From: a virus
IMG/VR virus record: IMGVR_UViG_3300046684_000205
Location: 29,479-93,478 of that record
DNA length: 64,000 nt
Direction: 5' to 3' (one strand)
A program made the translations under genes and the position numbers. Positions within the stretch are counted from its first letter, which is position 1. Each line of letters starts with the position of its first letter. The notes beneath the pieces were generated by a model. It searched no databases, was not told where the DNA came from, and saw nothing but the letters and a program-made list of their open reading frames with translations. This document shows positions 55,305 through 63,317 of the stretch, piece after piece.

Positions 55305-56039
55305 ATGAAAGCCACCTTTACCCGCAACATCGCCATGTCCGACATGTTCCGCGCCCTCGCTGGCGACGATCAGGCGCAATTCGACATCATCGCGTGTACC
55401 GTCTACAGCGCCGCCTATTCCATCATGCAAGCCGGTAACAAGACCCAGTTTGCCAAGCTGGCGGCCGATGCGCAGATGTACGGCGCCGATACGCAAGACG
55501 CCAACAAGGCGTGCAAGGATGCCGTAGGCGCAAAGACCCTGAACGCGGCCGCAAAGCACTTCAAAAAGATCTACGCCGCCGTGCTGGCGACGCTGGCGGC
55601 CTTTCCCGCACCGGAACTGGTCAAGGACTTGCCGCGCGGCAAGGATGAGCAGTTCGCCATTCTCGATCCGCTGGCAAGCGATTACGCGGACGCGTTTACG
55701 GCCAACTTTACCATGCTGATGCTGGCTCCGGCGCGTACCGAAGAGGAGGCAGCGCAAGCCAAGGCCAGCCGCGAGGCCAAGAAAGCCGAGAAAGAGGCCG
55801 AGGCAGCCAAGGCCGAGCGCGAGGCCGAGCGCGAGGCGCGCAAGGCGCTGGATGCGGCGGTGGCGTCGCGGGTTGCCGCTGCCAACGAACCGCCCGTTCT
55901 GGCGCGCACGCTGGCCGATCTGCTGCTGGCGGGGGCGCTGGACACCGAATCTGAAGCGCTGCTGATCGAAGCTGTCAAGGCGCGCGAAACCGCGCTGCTG
56001 CTGGCGCGCGTCGCCAGCGCCGAGCCTGTCGCCGCCTGA
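55305..56039 (+). CDS. hypothetical early protein (244 aa, charged helical C-terminus)
   Basis: AGGAG RBS; first + strand gene after the bent-DNA region. Confidence 0.8.
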   Translation: MKATFTRNIAMSDMFRALAGDDQAQFDIIACTVYSAAYSIMQAGNKTQFAKLAADAQMYGADTQDANKACKDAVGAKTLNAAAKHFKKIYAAVLATLAAFPAPELVKDLPRGKDEQFAILDPLASDYADAFTANFTMLMLAPARTEEEAAQAKASREAKKAEKEAEAAKAEREAEREARKALDAAVASRVAAANEPPVLARTLADLLLAGALDTESEALLIEAVKARETALLLARVASAEPVAA

Positions 56040-56044
56040 TCGTC

Positions 56045-56096
56045 GCGCCCCTGCAGGGGCGCTATCCAAAGCCCTGTGACAGGGCTTTGGATAGCG
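56045..56096. repeat. 18-bp palindrome plus inverted repeat with 18-bp arms
   Basis: GCGCCCCTGCAGGGGCGC; CGCTATCCAAAGCCCTGT-G-ACAGGGCTTTGGATAGCG. Confidence 0.9.
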
Positions 56097-56199
56097 TCAC
56101 CGTGCGCGCCTGACAGAACGCTCAGGAGTTCCGCGCATACCGTCGCTTTGGTCCGCTTCGCTGGCGTCATTCGCCACCGTCGCGCCAAGTCTTCGGGCC

Positions 56200-56210
56200 C
56201 TCTTTAACAA
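56200..56210 (+). promoter_or_regulatory. boxA-like antitermination element
   Basis: CTCTTTAACAA versus rrn boxA TGCTCTTTAACA. Confidence 0.55.
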
Positions 56211-56700
56211 TGAGCCAATAACCAGTACCGCCGAATCCCTGAATTCGTCGCGGGCGCGCTTCGCATCGTCTTTTCGATAGCGTCGTGCGCTGCGCTTCGC
56301 CCTATATCGGACTCGGCGACTGTGCGGCCATCAGCATAAAACGAATGGCGCTGGACGTTTCCAGCGCCTACGGAATCAAACGAAAACCCATACGAAGCGA
56401 TAACATGCGCCGGGATATGGGCAATCTGTGCGCGCCTAGTAACTGCGGCGGAAAGCGAAAATAACCCTTGTATCAGCCGGGAATGGTGGACTGATAAGCT
56501 GGGCGAGATAAGCCGGTACAGGATGAGGACGGGCGATTCTGGAGGAAAACCTTAATCTGGGCGTAGAACGCCCAGCCATGATGAATGGAACCGCTTTGGC
56601 AAGCGGTGGCGCCAGTTCCGGCGCGAATGGGAACAAGGTAATACCCTGCGCATTCGGTATCGGGTTGCTACGCGGTATCGAGTGCGCAGTCATTACCTTG
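56210..56700 (+). ncRNA. candidate structured RNA / structured leader
   Basis: no credible ORF; at least five hairpins, one with G-U pairs valid only on the + strand. Confidence 0.4.
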
Positions 56701-56715
56701 GGCGGAGTATTGACG

Positions 56716-57015
56716 ATGAGAAAGACGCTGTCGGTTCCAATAAAAACGGAGCTAAAAATTAATATCGCGGATTATGCGCGTAATTTACCAAAACCGCATC
56801 CGTGCATTATCCCGCAACCCGTAATTGAAACCCGGTCGAAACTGTTCGATCCGGAGATTGTGCAGGTCCCGAAGCGTAAAAAGCCGGGGCCAGTCAGGCA
56901 GGTGGCAAGAGGCACGCTGAATATCGCGATGCCGGCAATCCGGAAAGGCGAGAAGAATCGCCCCGACAAATCGCAGCAAAAAACAAAATTAACTTTCGCG
57001 TGGAGCGCAGCATGA
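56716..57015 (+). CDS. basic hypothetical protein
   Basis: GGAG RBS; ATGA overlap with the next gene. Confidence 0.55.
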   Translation: MRKTLSVPIKTELKINIADYARNLPKPHPCIIPQPVIETRSKLFDPEIVQVPKRKKPGPVRQVARGTLNIAMPAIRKGEKNRPDKSQQKTKLTFAWSAA

Positions 57016-57188
57016 AACTGACCTTATACCTTGTCACCATTCCGACCCTGATCGCCCTCGATGGCCATCTGGAACACCTGCCCAGCTACAGCACCGCACT
57101 GCGCGCGCTGGTCTGGATCATCATCGCCGGCAACGCCCTGATGCTGTACAGCGGCATCTGCGAACACGCTGCCCAGGAGCCAGCATGA
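57012..57188 (+). CDS. small membrane protein
   Basis: GGAG RBS; hydrophobic. Confidence 0.55.
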   Translation: MKLTLYLVTIPTLIALDGHLEHLPSYSTALRALVWIIIAGNALMLYSGICEHAAQEPA

Positions 57189-57385
57189 CTTATACAGCAC
57201 GCAAGGCGCTCGCACGCGACAACGTGGCCAAGCCGTTCGTCGTCGAGCACGAATCCGGCCGCATCGCGGCCGGCAAAGACACCTGGTTCGAGGCATGCGT
57301 CGAGCGCAACCACCTCAACCAGCTGGAGACGCTGGCTCAGCCTGCCCAAACCGAGCCATCGGGCATGATGGCGTCCACGCGCTGA
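57185..57385 (+). CDS. hypothetical protein
   Basis: AGGAG RBS, ATGA overlap. Confidence 0.55.
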   Translation: MTYTARKALARDNVAKPFVVEHESGRIAAGKDTWFEACVERNHLNQLETLAQPAQTEPSGMMASTR

Positions 57386-58071
57386 GCCTCGGCATTGAAA
57401 ATAAACGCCTTCGCGCCAGCCAGCACCGCCTTGATGCGCACCCGGTAGTCATCCGCCACGTGACAGGCTACCGGGATGTCCATCCACGCCTCGTCGTGCC
57501 AGTGCCACTCGCGGCCCGGAATCGCCCTGGGGCGCGCCGAGCGCTTCACATGCTCGGCCTTGGGGACAGGCACCAGCTCCGGCTTCAGGGTTGCCAGCTC
57601 GGCCAGATGTGCCGCACGCATTTCGCGCTGGTGCGACTCCAGCTTGAGGACATACCCAAGGTCTTTCAGGTAGAAGTCCTTCGCCAGCGTCTCCCAGTCC
57701 TTGCGGCAGGCATAGCTGGAAATATGTGCCCGCGTGCTCAGGGGATGCGTGTACAGGTTGCCGCGCCGGCCTTCGGCATAGCGCAGGCGCTTCAGCCTGG
57801 TCGGGTACAGGTTGGCCGGCGAGAAGTCCGCCGGATCTGCCCCAAGCTGTGTAATCGGGTACAGCGGCCAGTTGCCGTGAATCAGGCACCACGCAATCGA
57901 GGTGCCATGGATCTTCACGCCATCGAACAGCGTCACAATCTTGTAGCCATCCTTGCTGGTCAGCAAGGCCGCGGTGCCCGACGCAAGCTTGCGGTACAGC
58001 TTCGAGCCTTCCAGCACGAAGTACTTGTGAATCTGTTCAGGCGGCAGCACGGAATTCAGGTTGGTATGCAT
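57337..58071 (-). CDS. HNH-fold protein with degenerate active site
   Basis: IAWCLIHGNWP...ITQLGADPADFSPANL aligns by eye with the HNH pattern W..GxWP..IDHING...DN...NL; GAGGAG RBS. Confidence 0.6.
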   Translation of the reverse strand: MHTNLNSVLPPEQIHKYFVLEGSKLYRKLASGTAALLTSKDGYKIVTLFDGVKIHGTSIAWCLIHGNWPLYPITQLGADPADFSPANLYPTRLKRLRYAEGRRGNLYTHPLSTRAHISSYACRKDWETLAKDFYLKDLGYVLKLESHQREMRAAHLAELATLKPELVPVPKAEHVKRSARPRAIPGREWHWHDEAWMDIPVACHVADDYRVRIKAVLAGAKAFIFNAEAQRVDAIMPDGSVWAG

Positions 58072-58139
58072 GGTGGCTCCTCAGGGTTGAGCACGAACTA
58101 TATCACAGAATTTTGTGTTTCCCAAGTGGTGCGCCATAG

Positions 58140-58570
58140 TGCGACCAGCCTGAAAAAGTAACTGATCATTTCCGTAAAAATTTACCTCCAAAAAACTGAA
58201 CGATGGGGGGTAAAACTTTTTTTTTCGCGTATACGTTTTCATGAACTTATTTCGTCCCTATGAAAAAACGCGTTTGGGGGGGGGGGGGGGTTTTCTGGAA
58301 AACACCCTCCTTTTCTGAAAATGACCCCGGTAATTCACAAAAAACACGCGAAATTACGTAACCGGAAATTTTCGGTTTCTGAAATAGTCCATAAGTGAGC
58401 CTGAAGTTATTTTCAAAAATAAATTACAAATTGTCTCAGGAGAAACGTTTTAAATGAATTCACGAATTTCTTTGGTGCAACATTCTGGATTCCACGAATT
58501 TAACCCATGAATTCACGACATTAAATCCCAAAAAACGGCCTGCCCCGTCCAAACCTCTGTTTTCGTGGAT
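58140..58570. other. AT-rich non-coding region with a G15 tract; candidate origin or regulatory region
   Basis: G15 at 58276-58290, T9 at 58217-58225, ATGAATTCACGA twice. Confidence 0.5.
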
Positions 58571-58586
58571 TTTCAACAGGATTACC

Positions 58587-58775
58587 ATGCTCAAGCTGCC
58601 CAAGCTGCCCGACCTCTTCGCTCCTCCTCCGTTGGCCCAGGTCCGCGCGCAAACGATTCGCGACCTCGAGCTCGCCCTCCACGATGCCCAGCTCCAGCTG
58701 GAGCGCCAGCAAGCCGACGTCGCCCGTCTCCAGACCAGCCTCAACCGCCTGAAAGCCGAACATGCGCACTCGTGA
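58587..58775 (+). CDS. hypothetical coiled-coil protein
   Basis: AGGA RBS. Confidence 0.6.
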   Translation: MLKLPKLPDLFAPPPLAQVRAQTIRDLELALHDAQLQLERQQADVARLQTSLNRLKAEHAHS

Positions 58776-59031
58776 AATCAGCCGCATCCTCGACTGCGCC
58801 CACCACAAGGCAGCCGAGATCGCCGCGCAGGAGATCCGCCATCACTTGCGCCCCTTCAACCTGAAGCGCCACCCCTTGAGCTTCGACGGCGTCGATCTGC
58901 ACGTCGGCGACGTGCCAGCCTACACCCTGCTCTGGCGCCGCTTCCGGGTCGTCAAAGCCTTGCACGAGGCTGCGCAGTACGCTTTCGCCCTGCCCACCGA
59001 AGTGCGCGCCCGCCTCAAGGACCACCTATGA
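58762..59031 (+). CDS. hypothetical protein
   Basis: operon overlap. Confidence 0.55.
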   Translation: MRTREISRILDCAHHKAAEIAAQEIRHHLRPFNLKRHPLSFDGVDLHVGDVPAYTLLWRRFRVVKALHEAAQYAFALPTEVRARLKDHL

Positions 59032-59246
59032 CCCCGCAAGAACACGCCCAGCAGACCGCCGAGCAGATCAAGGCCATGTTGCCCGATGAGCAACTTGGCA
59101 TTCGCAGCCTTCAGTTGACCGTCGACGATGTGTACTGGCGCGACTACGAGCCCGACGGCCGCCGCGAGCGCGCTATCCGCGACGCTGGCCTGTTGATAAG
59201 CAATTTGCCCCTCGACGCCCTTCTCCTCGTCAAGGATTACTTATGA
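59028..59246 (+). CDS. hypothetical protein
   Basis: AAGGA RBS, ATGA overlap. Confidence 0.65.
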   Translation: MTPQEHAQQTAEQIKAMLPDEQLGIRSLQLTVDDVYWRDYEPDGRRERAIRDAGLLISNLPLDALLLVKDYL

Positions 59247-59566
59247 GCAACGCCATCAAAGCCCGCATCATGGGCAACGTGCGCCAACGCGTCGAGACTG
59301 GGCACGCCAGCTACATCTGCCTCGCGCTGGACGACATCAAGGAGCTCGACCACCGGCGCAACATCCAGACCATGTGCGACGAGCTGAAGGCCGACGTGCA
59401 GCACCGCATCGCCCCGCACGCCTCGATCGGCGACTGGCTGACCGCCTCCAGCCGCGCGCCCCGCGGCTCCGGCGGCAAACCCAAGAACCTTGCCGACGTC
59501 AAGGCCGCCCGCCTTGCCCTCATCGACAGGATGATCAACGACTTGCAAAAGGAGAAACAATCGTGA
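59243..59566 (+). CDS. hypothetical protein (paralogue A)
   Basis: YICLAL...RLALIDRMI. Confidence 0.7.
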   Translation: MSNAIKARIMGNVRQRVETGHASYICLALDDIKELDHRRNIQTMCDELKADVQHRIAPHASIGDWLTASSRAPRGSGGKPKNLADVKAARLALIDRMINDLQKEKQS

Positions 59567-59605
59567 CCAGGAAATTCATCGCCCACTGCAGGCGCGAGGC
59601 CAAAG

Positions 59606-59938
59606 ATGCTGGGTAAACAACACCTCCCCATCCTGCGCCGGGCGCGCGAGCTGCTCGACGAAGGCCGCGAGTGCCTGATCTGCCGCGCCGTCTACGCAGC
59701 CGCGGGCAAGGATGAGCAACACCTTGTCCACGATATCGACTGCCTCATCGAGGCGGAGCTGGAGGGCGAGCCCACGTTGGTCGCCTGGGTGAGGGTCAGA
59801 TACCCTGTGTGTGATCACCCGGCGTGGCTCGGCCCTCTCCTGATCTGGGACGCGGACTATGAAACCCGGCGCAGCATGCGCACCCTGATGCGCATGGCTT
59901 GGCTTGATAAACTCATCTTCGACATCGAAAGGCCCTAA
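59606..59938 (+). CDS. hypothetical protein (paralogue B)
   Basis: LICRAV...RMAWLDKLI. Confidence 0.65.
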   Translation: MLGKQHLPILRRARELLDEGRECLICRAVYAAAGKDEQHLVHDIDCLIEAELEGEPTLVAWVRVRYPVCDHPAWLGPLLIWDADYETRRSMRTLMRMAWLDKLIFDIERP

Positions 59939-60529
59939 ATGTTCATCACCCTGACCAGCATCACCAACCCGCGCCAGCCCAAGCCGCTGCACGTCCTCGC
60001 CAGCAGCATCGAGGGCATCACCACGGACAACAGCAGCGGCCATACCTGTACCGTCATCCGTACAGGCGGCAACAGCATCTGGTACGTCAAGGAGACGCCC
60101 GACGAGATCCTCGGCCTGATCGGTTCGCGCGGCGAGCCGCGCGCCGCCGACCGCCATCTGTTCACCCTTGCGGCGGACGAACTGTTCAACCTGGGCGCCA
60201 AGCCGGACCTGGTCGCCCAGCTGCAGGAAGCCGCCGAATACTGGCGCGGCGCCGGCAGCCCGCCCGAGCCCGACATCCATCAGCTGCAGTTCGCCCTCGA
60301 CGAGTGGTGCAAGAAGACCGACTGGGTGCAGAAGCAGAGGGACAGCTTCTCCTTCAACACGCTCGGCATGCACAGGGCAGATGTGCTGCGCCGCGAGATC
60401 GAACACCTGCGCGCTTCGAAGGGCCTCACCCGCGACCAGATCCAGGACCTCGCGCACGGCTTCATGCTGAGCGACGACAAGATTCTGTTCATGATCAAGG
60501 TCGACGCGCTGCTGAGAGGGCGGAAATGA
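59939..60529 (+). CDS. hypothetical protein with FlbD-like N-terminal domain
   Basis: MFITLT...IEGI...TVIRT...YVKETPDEI. Confidence 0.6.
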   Translation: MFITLTSITNPRQPKPLHVLASSIEGITTDNSSGHTCTVIRTGGNSIWYVKETPDEILGLIGSRGEPRAADRHLFTLAADELFNLGAKPDLVAQLQEAAEYWRGAGSPPEPDIHQLQFALDEWCKKTDWVQKQRDSFSFNTLGMHRADVLRREIEHLRASKGLTRDQIQDLAHGFMLSDDKILFMIKVDALLRGRK

Positions 60530-60711
60530 GGTACGCCGCCTGCGGCATCAAGGAAGTGCGGGCGCGCCGCTGGTGGCCCGCCTACGAACTTGGCACCTAC
60601 CGCTGGATCTGGCAGGCGCGCCTACGAATTCGCCTGCACTGGTTTGCTAATTGGTGCGGGTTAAATCAGTGCGGCGAAACCTGGATCGAGGTCCGCAAGG
60701 AGCAGAAATGA
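60526..60711 (+). CDS. hypothetical Trp/Arg-rich protein
   Basis: ATGA overlaps at both ends. Confidence 0.5.
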   Translation: MRYAACGIKEVRARRWWPAYELGTYRWIWQARLRIRLHWFANWCGLNQCGETWIEVRKEQK

Positions 60712-61187
60712 ACGACTTCGAAGCTCTCGCCGCCCAGCTGGCCGCCAAGCACATCATTCCCGAGACCGACATCGTCCACCCCGAAGTCGTGATGGATTCC
60801 TTCATGATGGAGAAGATGAAAGAACCGAACTACGTACCGTACTGCCTGGTCGAGGTTACCTGCGGCCGCGTGCGGCGCACCCGCTATGGCTTCTGGTGCC
60901 CAAGCTGCGGCAACAAGATGAATTACGACATGACGCATTATGACGGCAATAAAAACGTCCAGTACATCGGCGAGCCGGCCAAGCCAGCCGATGCGGCAGC
61001 TGGGCTGCCTGCGCCGTTTCGCGAACCTTGGGGAGCACGCACCGGCCGGGCACCCTTGGCCGACCGCTTGCCGGCGCCCTACCACCGCGGCAGCGCCACC
61101 GCAGCGCCGCGCACGGCCGACCAGGAGCGCGCCGACTGGAACGCCAAGGTCGACGCCAAGAAACCTGCCAAGAAAGGAAGAAAATGA
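60708..61187 (+). CDS. hypothetical zinc-ribbon protein
   Basis: YC...CGR...CPSCG; AAGGAG RBS. Confidence 0.65.
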   Translation: MNDFEALAAQLAAKHIIPETDIVHPEVVMDSFMMEKMKEPNYVPYCLVEVTCGRVRRTRYGFWCPSCGNKMNYDMTHYDGNKNVQYIGEPAKPADAAAGLPAPFREPWGARTGRAPLADRLPAPYHRGSATAAPRTADQERADWNAKVDAKKPAKKGRK

Positions 61188-61393
61188 GCGTGCACTACAT
61201 CCTGATCGTCCTCTGGGCCGCCTACGGCTCCAGTCTGTCCGGGCGCGCGGCCCTCGCCGTGGAGTTCGATTCCGAGCCGGCGTGCCAGGCTGCTGCCGCC
61301 GCCATTCGCCGGCAGTCCGACGCCGGCGCCGCTAACGTGGCAACGCTGGTCTGTGCCGCCAAGGGTGAGGAGAAACGCAATGACCGCCCATGA
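61184..61393 (+). CDS. small secreted/membrane protein
   Basis: signal-like N-terminus; EFDSEPACQAA...C. Confidence 0.6.
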   Translation: MSVHYILIVLWAAYGSSLSGRAALAVEFDSEPACQAAAAAIRRQSDAGAANVATLVCAAKGEEKRNDRP

Positions 61394-61907
61394 ACGCCCC
61401 GGCGCCCAGACTTTCGACATCCCGCAGGATCCGCCAAAGGACGCGCCCATCAAGTCCCAGCACGGCAAGCTGCTGAACGCGCTGGACGACATGCAGCGCA
61501 GCCTGGCTTACGCGCTGCGCCGCGACACCCTGGCGGAAGCCGAGCAGCTGATCCTGCGCCAGGAGCAGCGCATCGCCGAGCTGGAAGCCGCGCCGCGCCG
61601 CCTGCACGTCCCTCCAGACGACATCGGCTACCCGCGCGACGTGTTCGCCCAGATCCTGATCGGCAACAGCCCGTACGCCTTCTACCTGTTCCAGTGGGTG
61701 CCCTACCAGCTTGATGCGCGCCGGTACAGGCTGAAGCTGGCGCATGACGTGCGCACCTTCGACGGGCGGGAGGCCCTGGGCATCTGGCCGAACGCCAACA
61801 AGCTCGGTCCTTTCGAGGACAGCGAGGTCGAGTTCATCCGCATCAGCCGGCAGCAGCCCGGTTACACGTACCGGGACCCAAGACCGGCGCGCAAGGAGCC
61901 ATCGTGA
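61380..61907 (+). CDS. hypothetical protein
   Basis: GAGGAG RBS. Confidence 0.65.
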   Translation: MTAHERPGAQTFDIPQDPPKDAPIKSQHGKLLNALDDMQRSLAYALRRDTLAEAEQLILRQEQRIAELEAAPRRLHVPPDDIGYPRDVFAQILIGNSPYAFYLFQWVPYQLDARRYRLKLAHDVRTFDGREALGIWPNANKLGPFEDSEVEFIRISRQQPGYTYRDPRPARKEPS

Positions 61908-62140
61908 GAATCCACATCACCACCGGCCCACGCCGACCCAAGCCCGCCACCGGCGACCGCCAGGTCACCAAGAAGCACGGCTTGCGCATCCGCGTGCCCG
62001 AGATCCACAACGGCATGCACGTCGTTTCGAACGGTCGGCCCTGTTATGTCTGGGCCAAGCCGGCCGATCTGCCGCGCTCCTACCGGCGCTACCTGACGCC
62101 CGAAGAGCGGGCTCACTATTTTCCGGAGGGCCCACGATGA
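61904..62140 (+). CDS. hypothetical protein
   Basis: AAGGAG RBS, GTGA overlap. Confidence 0.6.
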   Translation: MRIHITTGPRRPKPATGDRQVTKKHGLRIRVPEIHNGMHVVSNGRPCYVWAKPADLPRSYRRYLTPEERAHYFPEGPR

Positions 62141-62505
62141 AATCGACCATTGATGTCGTCTGCTACCAGGCCCTGTTCTTCGTGGAGACCGTGCACGGCA
62201 GCCAGCTGGAATTCGTGCTCGATGATGCCGATAAGCGCGCAAGGCGGCCCACCCGAGCCGAGCTCCACCCAAGTGCCCTCACTTTCACCAGCTACACCGA
62301 GACCTTGTGGGACATGCTCAGCGCCGAGTTCAAGAAGGCCCAAGATGTCCGGGTGCGTGAGAAAAGCGAATACGGCGGTGTGAGTTTCTTGCTCGAAGCG
62401 CCGACTGTCGACGCGCTGCAGCGCGCGTTGGCGCGCTGCGAGAAGGTCGTGCAGCGTTGGGTCAACAAGTACCGCATCAACCACATGAAGGAGAAATCAC
62501 AGTGA
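62137..62505 (+). CDS. hypothetical protein
   Basis: GGAGG RBS, ATGA overlap. Confidence 0.65.
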   Translation: MKSTIDVVCYQALFFVETVHGSQLEFVLDDADKRARRPTRAELHPSALTFTSYTETLWDMLSAEFKKAQDVRVREKSEYGGVSFLLEAPTVDALQRALARCEKVVQRWVNKYRINHMKEKSQ

Positions 62506-62792
62506 ACCTCGACCACCTGGCCGCACTGGCCAAGGCCGCCGGCGGCGGCACCATCAAGGGCGACTGGGAATCCACCGGCGTCGTCATCGCGGCGCCCGAC
62601 CAAGGCGGCATGGAGTACCTGCTCGAAACCGTCGCCGGCGAGGATCACCCGGCCCTCGCTGGCGAGGATCACCCGGCCCTCGCCTTCGTCGAGGCCGCCA
62701 ACCCGAACGCAATCCTTGCGATGATCGAAGAGCTGCGTGCTCTGCGGCCGGTACCGGCTGGCGAAGCCAGCAAGGGAGGCGATCATGGGTAA
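62502..62792 (+). CDS. Ead/Ea22-like protein
   Basis: LAALAKAA...AFVEAANPNAILAMIEEL. Confidence 0.65.
   Translation: MNLDHLAALAKAAGGGTIKGDWESTGVVIAAPDQGGMEYLLETVAGEDHPALAGEDHPALAFVEAANPNAILAMIEELRALRPVPAGEASKGGDHG
62632..62684 (+). repeat. 24-bp tandem duplication (AGEDHPAL x2)
   Basis: GGCGAGGATCACCCGGCCCTCGC twice, in frame. Confidence 0.9.
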
Positions 62793-63039
62793 GATCCGCG
62801 TCCAGCCATCACCCCTCACCAACACGATCTACGCCGGGCGTATCAACAAGACTGACTCGGCGTGGCAGGGCGAGAAATATGACGTCACCAGCGATGTGAT
62901 CGGCTCGATCATCCAATACGTCGGCGTCGGCAACATAATCAGCGTGAACGAGAACGGCAAGCCAGCGTATGAAATTGAAGTGCGCGCTATCAAGGCCGAG
63001 GTCAACGGCAATCAGGCCAGTGGCGGGGTCGAGGCATGA
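62785..63039 (+). CDS. hypothetical phage protein
   Basis: SPLTNTIYAGR...KYDVT; GGGAGG RBS. Confidence 0.7.
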   Translation: MGKIRVQPSPLTNTIYAGRINKTDSAWQGEKYDVTSDVIGSIIQYVGVGNIISVNENGKPAYEIEVRAIKAEVNGNQASGGVEA

Positions 63040-63314
63040 GCAACAACATCATCAGCATCGCGCCCGACGATGTGAAGAAGCTGCGCCACATGCTCGGCGC
63101 CACGGACCAGTACAAGCCAAGCAACTACGGATTCCGCAACTACTACGCCACCAGCGGCGGCGCGGCTATGGAAGCGATGGAGCGCCTGGTTGCTGCCGGC
63201 CTGGCCGTGAAAGGCGCGTCGAGCGCGCGCATGACCTACTACCACGCGACCGTCAAAGGCTGCGAATTCATTGGATTTACCAAGGCGCAGATCAAGCGCG
63301 TGTTCGAGGACTGA
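63036..63314 (+). CDS. hypothetical winged-helix-like protein
   Basis: HMLG...RNYY...LVAAGLA...YHAT. Confidence 0.65.
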   Translation: MSNNIISIAPDDVKKLRHMLGATDQYKPSNYGFRNYYATSGGAAMEAMERLVAAGLAVKGASSARMTYYHATVKGCEFIGFTKAQIKRVFED

Positions 63315-63317
63315 ACC

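Noticed and set aside
56490-56550. Hammerhead ribozyme (CTGATAAG...GAAA)
   Set aside because: The core deviates from CUGANGA and I could not build the three stems.
56100-56700. tRNA or tmRNA genes
   Set aside because: No T-loop GTTCRA with a cloverleaf found by eye; tRNAscan or ARAGORN would be decisive.
59563-59616. 17-codon ORF with a strong RBS, possibly a frameshifted start of the next gene
   Set aside because: The next ORF has its own GAGG and ATG, and no slippery site is evident.
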